A DNA stretch of 64,000 nucleotides, taken from Actinomycetes bacterium (lineage in GTDB: Bacteria; Planctomycetota; Phycisphaerae; JAACET01). A program made the position numbers and the translations under genes. Positions 58,850 to 64,000 of this stretch are shown here, piece after piece. The notes beneath the pieces were generated by a model that saw only the letters and a program-made list of their open reading frames with translations, was not told where the DNA came from and searched no databases. Each line of letters starts with the position of its first letter. Positions within the stretch are counted from its first letter, which is position 1. Location of the stretch: the NCBI GenBank assembly GCA_030614915.1, contig JAUXAG010000006.1, forward strand, positions 1,263-65,262. The letters run 5' to 3'.

Positions 58850-59422
58850 TCAATAATTCTCGCACCACAGCTCAAAGTATTTCTGCTCGTGATCGCACAC
58901 CGGGCAGCGAGCCGGGGCTTCTGTAGCCTCTAACACGTGGCCGCAATTACGACACTTCCAATAAACCTTTCCGTCCTTCTTGAAGACGCTGCCTGCGGCT
59001 ACATTGGCCGCCAGCTTGTTGTAGCGGTGTTCGTGGTAGGCTTCCACCTTAGCCACTTGCCGGAAGGTGTTGGCAATCTCCGTGAACCCTTCCTTTTGGG
59101 CCACGTCGCCCGCATTGGGGTAGAGCATGGTAGTCTCCAGGTGCTCACCAGCCGCGGCGGCCTTGAGGTTTTCAAGGGTCTTACCTATCACCCCCGCGGG
59201 ATACTCAGCGGTGATCTGCACATCACCACCTTGAAGATACTTGAAAAACAGCTCACCATGTTCCTTCTCGTTGGCAGCTGTCTCCTCGAAGATCCCCGCA
59301 ATCTGCTCGTAGCCTTCTTTGCGAGCCCGGCCGGCGAAAAACGTATAGCGGTTGCGGGCCTGACTCTCACCGGCAAAAGAGGCCAAAAGATTGTGTTCGG
59401 TTTTGCTTCCTTTCAGTTCCAT
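58850..59422 (-). CDS. rbr: Rubrerythrin
   Basis: FAGESQARNRY, NEKEH, GEHLE, EAYH, WKCRNCG...CPVC. Confidence 0.96.
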   Translation of the reverse strand: MELKGSKTEHNLLASFAGESQARNRYTFFAGRARKEGYEQIAGIFEETAANEKEHGELFFKYLQGGDVQITAEYPAGVIGKTLENLKAAAAGEHLETTMLYPNAGDVAQKEGFTEIANTFRQVAKVEAYHEHRYNKLAANVAAGSVFKKDGKVYWKCRNCGHVLEATEAPARCPVCDHEQKYFELWCENY

Positions 59423-59593
59423 TGTACCTGCTCCTTATTGCAAGAACCCATGTTTACCAGTGGATGCCGGGATCGACTTGGTCCGGCTCTTAGCCATTCG
59501 AGGTTCAAGTCGGATTCAAGCTGAAACCTTCCCGACAGTTGTTTTATCCTAGGCTCGGATCCTTCAAAGTCAAGCATGGGCATGCAAATAACC

Positions 59594-59739
59594 CACTCGT
59601 TTATTGAAATCCGCTGCCCAGAGCCATAAGGGTTGCTATATAAGCCTTACTTCGATATCCGGAGGATGGGCACTCGTTTATTGAACTTCGCTGCCCAAAA
59701 CCGTAATGGTTACTATATAAGCATTATTTCTATATCCGG
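59594..59739. repeat. Tandem 69-bp direct repeat (period 77 bp)
   Basis: 59594-59662 vs 59671-59739, ungapped, 10 mismatches by manual alignment. Confidence 0.9.
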
Positions 59740-59766
59740 CCCGGCAAGAAATACTTGGCCAAACCG

Positions 59767-59795
59767 GGAACCAAATGGGTATCCTGAGCGTCAGT
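59767..59795 (+). promoter_or_regulatory. Candidate ECF promoter for the large modular gene
   Basis: GGAACC-N16-CGTCAG; ECF sigma gene lies downstream. Confidence 0.4.
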
Positions 59796-59850
59796 TAGAA
59801 TGGGGACGGTGCAACGTAGCAGTTCATTTTTTCATGGGAGGACCGTAACG

Positions 59851-62800
59851 ATGAAACGCGTAAGAAAATCACTTATGGCGATTGTCCTAGCCGGAGTGGT
59901 CTGTTTAGCCCTGTTTGTCAGCCTTTGGCTGATCGCTAGCAGTGTAGATGACAAGGACAAGGACCGTGGCTGGGTAACAAAATGGCATGGGAAGGAAACG
60001 GAGACCGTTAGTATCGCTGACATGGCAGGTGGCAGTATTGGTGTCGGCCTTGTCAAAGAAGAAAACGGCGTTGTCGAGATTGACATATATGATACTTACT
60101 ACGACGCCTACGAGTGCAGAATTATTGCCATAAGCAAGTGGCGGGGAAAGACTTATACTGGTAAGCTAACAAGTGAAATAAAACCTGATAAGGGGGCAAG
60201 GTTTAATAAGGCAAAATTTGAAGATATAAGCCTTAAGAAAATCAAAGAGTTTAGGTTTCAAATTAGGCCGCAAAGCGACCGCCCGACGCAGCCTGGTATT
60301 GCCTGGGGGCAACCTGTCGGAGGTGTCCAACTAGGCATCGATTTTGATCTTGGTGATCGGCAGTATCGTACTGGGGAATTGGTCACCTTCAAAGTCTACG
60401 TTCGCAATACCGGGGACAAAGAGGTCAAGTTCATACACTATGTACCGGTGGGCGATCCGGCTCGGGAGAGAGTGTACCTCTTAGCGTGGTCTCCCAGCAT
60501 CACAGATGTCACGGGTAAGCGTTTGCCTCTTTTTGACCCTCTGCGGAACTTTCATGCTCAGCGACGTCAGCTAAGGCTGCCGCCCGGCACGACAAGCCTT
60601 GTTGGGATTGTGTCTCTGCAACTCACCTCGCGTCTAGACGAGCGTCCAGACGAGAAATCGAGCGATCCACATATCTATCTTGAGCCCGGCCAATATCGGG
60701 TGAGCCAAACTTATCGGTTTGATGAGGCACCCGAGGCCACATGGCACGGCGAGTTAACCACTGGAGAACTGAGACTATCCGTACAATATGAGCAGCCCGC
60801 CACGCAGCCGGGGGAAGAATGGGGTAGGCCGGTCCAAGGCGTGCGATCCCGCCTGCACGCCGCGAAACCTATCTGGAAGGTCGGTGAAATTCCGGCCTTA
60901 ATCCTGGAGGTCCAGAATCAGAGCGAAATGCCATGGGCTGTTCGTCCACCTGAGGCCGAGGGAAGGCCGCAGGTCCAAGTTGACGGAGTGTGGTACGAGC
61001 GGACGAGGTCGGAGTTCAGCGGGTACAGGAGGGGTATGGTTACGCGCGTTCAGCCCGGCGGAACGTCCCAGGAGATCAACCTAGTGCTCAACAACGCCTG
61101 GCGTTCGCGCAAGGACGGTCAGCGTTTGAGCCTATTCCCCGGCAAACACCTGATCCGGGCGACGTTTAAGGCAGATCAGTTTCCTCCGGGCGAAGACGCT
61201 GGCAAGTCGCCTATTCTAATAACAGGTGCGGACCAAGTACAAGTGGTGAGCAACCCGCTCGAGATCGAAATCCTCGCGGACGGTTGGGACCCCACTCAGG
61301 CCATTCTGGCCATCAACCACTGGGATGGGCTGCGCAGACTGCTTTCCGAAGTGGACCCGGAACGATTGCAGCAGCGATATGCCCAGATGGTTACTCATGA
61401 CAACGTGCTGAAAAATGCCCTCCAGGGTCTTCGCCACACCAGTTGGTATGAGACACATTCTCGAACAGGCCCAAACATTCTTGAGGAACTGCGTAGGGTT
61501 ATCCAAGTCCGTCCGGGTCCGAGAACAGGTCTTCTCACTATCACCGTCACCGGGTCGGACAAGGACGAACTTGCCGAAATCGCCAACGTCATTGCCCAGG
61601 CGGCGGTGGACAATGCCGTAGTTCCAGACGTCCCTGAGTTTCGCCAGGAGATAGAGCGCCTGCAGCAAGAACTGAAGACTCTTGAAACTAGGGTTAAATC
61701 TGCTGAGGACAGCGACCGGAAGGCAGCAAAGGAACAGATTTGTGAGCTTAGAATCCAACTGCTGCCCCTCATGCTGTTTCTCCATAGGCGTCCATTTAGC
61801 ATTCGGCTGCCAGCGGCGCCTCATCTAGCTAACCCAACTTCCATCTCGCTTGAGCATGCGCAGTCCGCTAGCGCGATGAGCAATCCCGTTGACATCGAAA
61901 TCCAGCCCGCCACGCAGTCGGAGTCGAATTGGCTCAGGCGTATCAAAAAGCCGGAAGATCGAGGCACCCTCCAGGACATTTATGAACAAATCAGACAGCC
62001 CCAGAGGCGTAGCAAGGTGGATGAACTCTGGGTAGTTCCAGGCGGACCCCATATCCTTGAATTCCACAGAGAAGGTCGTCTCGATCAATGGCTCGACGCC
62101 CTGGCGATCAAGAAACTGAAGGGTTTCTCCAGCGAAGACGACGTTTGGCTGCTGTTTCGCAGCAAGCAGTTGAACGACAACGATCGCATGTGGATTGAGC
62201 GTATCGAGAAAAAGGCAGACCAGATTGTCGTGTTAACACACCGGGCCCTCTGGCGAGGCGAATATAAGAAAAATGCAACCTGGTATCCGATATTCGGGGT
62301 CAATCTTGGCAAGCTGCCCGCCGGGAACTATCGAGCGAACTGGACAATCCTGCCGTATCATTTCACTGAGTTCGACGCGAAGGGTTGGCCTAGGGGCGCA
62401 AAGTTGACCGAAGAGAAGCCCACAGAGCTGAACGCGGCGTTCACTGTGGAACCGTCACCCGGAGCGGCCGCGCAGGCGGACGAAGAGTGGGGCAAGCCCG
62501 TCGAGGGCGTGCAAGTAAGGTTGCGAGCCGACAAGAAGGTTTGGAAGGCAGGTGAATTTCCAATTGTCAAGGCCGACGTTCGCAATACAGGACGCCGGGA
62601 TCTCTATTTACCATATTGCTACTTCCAAGCCGAGGTCGAAGTAGATGGCAGTTTGTATCGACACACTGGTCCTTCAAATATTCTTAGGCCCGACCATGGT
62701 CCATACGTCAAGCATCGTGAAGATATAGAAATTTATCTTTATCTGCGTTGTTGGACAGCTGTTAATAATCTTCGTCAGGAGCTTCGACTCAAACCGGGTC

Positions 62801-63417
62801 GGAATATGATCCGAGTTGCCTTCTACGCTGAGCCGGATAATGGTCAGCGCATCCGCGTTGTCAGCAACCCCGTCGAGATCGAAATCCAACCCGCTACGCA
62901 GCCGGCGGAAGAGAAGGACAAGTTAGTTTGGGGGGTTGTTGGCGATGGTATCCAATGTGCCGTTCGCCCTGTGAAGCCATCATTTGCACCCAACGAAGAC
63001 ATTGTTGCGGATGTTATGTATCAGAATGTATCGAACGATACGATTACAGTGTGTGTCTACCCTGACCCTTATTACACTTGGCTGCATTTGTACGTAAGAG
63101 ACCCGGTGAACGGTATGATAGTGATGGTCGGACAGCATGCAAACGGGATTCGCCGCCCCTTAAGACTGTCGGATTTCGTAAGACTTCGGCCAGGCCAGAC
63201 GGCTTCATTTCGCCAAGTTATAGCTCACAGTAAGAAGAGCCAGCCTGAGCCCGGCAGCTACTTTTTGCAGGCTGAGATCAACAAGATCAACCGGATGGAC
63301 GTACACCTTCTCGGGCTTGAAGAGTTTTGCAAGACGAATGGTATCCCCAAGCCCTGGTGCAGGGGGATTGAAAGCGGCAAGACCCCTGTAATGATCGCCA
63401 CGCAGCCGCCGGAATAA
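59851..63417 (+). CDS. Large membrane-anchored modular hypothetical protein (repeated WGxPVxG domains, PATQP linkers, Wzz/GumC-like segment)
   Basis: N-terminal TM; four WG.(P/V)V.G-starting modules; three SNP(L/V)(E/D)IEI ends; ATG 59851 after GGGAGG. Confidence 0.8.
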   Translation: MKRVRKSLMAIVLAGVVCLALFVSLWLIASSVDDKDKDRGWVTKWHGKETETVSIADMAGGSIGVGLVKEENGVVEIDIYDTYYDAYECRIIAISKWRGKTYTGKLTSEIKPDKGARFNKAKFEDISLKKIKEFRFQIRPQSDRPTQPGIAWGQPVGGVQLGIDFDLGDRQYRTGELVTFKVYVRNTGDKEVKFIHYVPVGDPARERVYLLAWSPSITDVTGKRLPLFDPLRNFHAQRRQLRLPPGTTSLVGIVSLQLTSRLDERPDEKSSDPHIYLEPGQYRVSQTYRFDEAPEATWHGELTTGELRLSVQYEQPATQPGEEWGRPVQGVRSRLHAAKPIWKVGEIPALILEVQNQSEMPWAVRPPEAEGRPQVQVDGVWYERTRSEFSGYRRGMVTRVQPGGTSQEINLVLNNAWRSRKDGQRLSLFPGKHLIRATFKADQFPPGEDAGKSPILITGADQVQVVSNPLEIEILADGWDPTQAILAINHWDGLRRLLSEVDPERLQQRYAQMVTHDNVLKNALQGLRHTSWYETHSRTGPNILEELRRVIQVRPGPRTGLLTITVTGSDKDELAEIANVIAQAAVDNAVVPDVPEFRQEIERLQQELKTLETRVKSAEDSDRKAAKEQICELRIQLLPLMLFLHRRPFSIRLPAAPHLANPTSISLEHAQSASAMSNPVDIEIQPATQSESNWLRRIKKPEDRGTLQDIYEQIRQPQRRSKVDELWVVPGGPHILEFHREGRLDQWLDALAIKKLKGFSSEDDVWLLFRSKQLNDNDRMWIERIEKKADQIVVLTHRALWRGEYKKNATWYPIFGVNLGKLPAGNYRANWTILPYHFTEFDAKGWPRGAKLTEEKPTELNAAFTVEPSPGAAAQADEEWGKPVEGVQVRLRADKKVWKAGEFPIVKADVRNTGRRDLYLPYCYFQAEVEVDGSLYRHTGPSNILRPDHGPYVKHREDIEIYLYLRCWTAVNNLRQELRLKPGRNMIRVAFYAEPDNGQRIRVVSNPVEIEIQPATQPAEEKDKLVWGVVGDGIQCAVRPVKPSFAPNEDIVADVMYQNVSNDTITVCVYPDPYYTWLHLYVRDPVNGMIVMVGQHANGIRRPLRLSDFVRLRPGQTASFRQVIAHSKKSQPEPGSYFLQAEINKINRMDVHLLGLEEFCKTNGIPKPWCRGIESGKTPVMIATQPPE

Positions 63418-63511
63418 ATCTGCGGATAAAACAGATTTTTTCTGAACTTTTTGTGTTCGAGGCGCCACATAAGAATAGATTCAGGGCTATTTGTCCGGAT
63501 CGAATTAGCGG

Positions 63512-63990
63512 ATGGATGAGTTATCGAGCCGATCGAACGGTTATACCAGGAGCAAGGCCCGGCCATATTGGGATACCTCCGACGCCTTGTTGGAGACTGC
63601 CAATTGGCCCAGGACCTCTTGCAGGAAACATTCATCCAGGCCATCCGATCCAAAGCTAAGCTCGCCGACGTGTCTTCCCCCCGTGCCTGGCTATTTGCTG
63701 TAGCCCGAAATATTGCCATGAACACCATTCGCCGCAGCCCACCGCTTGTTTCATTGCCGGCGAACCTTTCGCAAGATTGTCCCCAGCCGGACCCTAGAAT
63801 CGAACGAATGCGACAAGCCATAACCAAATTGCCGATTGCGCAACAGGAAACGCTCGAACTCAGACTAACTCAGGAGCTTTCTTATCAGGAAATCGCGACC
63901 GTGCTGGAGATTCCCCTCGGCACGGTCCGCTCGCGGCTGCATAATGCCGTGGGCCGCTTGCGCCAAGTTATGCAAAAGGCAGGCGAGTAA
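63512..63990 (+). CDS. ECF RNA polymerase sigma-70 factor, 5' end apparently frameshifted
   Basis: IERLYQEQGPAILGYLRRLVGD..AQDLLQETF, RAWLFAVARN, LSYQEIA..L.IPLGTVRSRLH; ATG 63512 is one frame off; next ORF starts ATG 63991. Confidence 0.85.
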
Positions 63991-64000
63991 ATGTCCCAGA

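Noticed and set aside
59594-59739. CRISPR array interpretation of the direct repeat
   Set aside because: Only two 69-bp units with an 8-bp gap; no cas genes in the window.
63517-63519. In-frame TGA upstream of the sigma factor as a second Sec codon
   Set aside because: No upstream start found in that frame over the stretch checked, no SECIS-like hairpin, and not a Cys-type position.

Overview
Mostly core chromosome of a probable Planctomycetota (Phycisphaerae-like) bacterium. The taxon is inferred from the gene repertoire: BlaI/M56 pair with ATQP linkers, excisionase-HTH/receiver proteins, DUF1571, Minf_1886-like protein. Housekeeping genes include recO, bamD-like, lptE-like, ftsH, tRNA-Arg(CCT), thrC, hom-apgM-lysC, tupABC-moaC, lpdA-lipA-tmk-holB-ricT-metG, mutL, rsmA and rubrerythrin. 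The strongest unannotated signal is an exported protein (29238-30641) whose apparent TGA stop is followed by an in-frame GFTC...40-aa tail and a SECIS-like hairpin, i.e. a candidate selenoprotein with a U-G-F-T-C motif. Other leads: (1) an orphan secretin co-oriented with an ABC exporter, a DUF1571 protein and a small lipoprotein; (2) two large mosaic proteins whose domains are joined by DNA-conserved PATQP linkers; (3) a ~196-nt rod-like structured element (6S-like); (4) a DRR-repeat protein; (5) a 69-bp tandem duplication with a covarying palindrome; (6) a 49-bp MITE; (7) gene remnants; (8) an apparent GC-skew switch near 17 kb. All calls were made by eye; no searches or folding were run.
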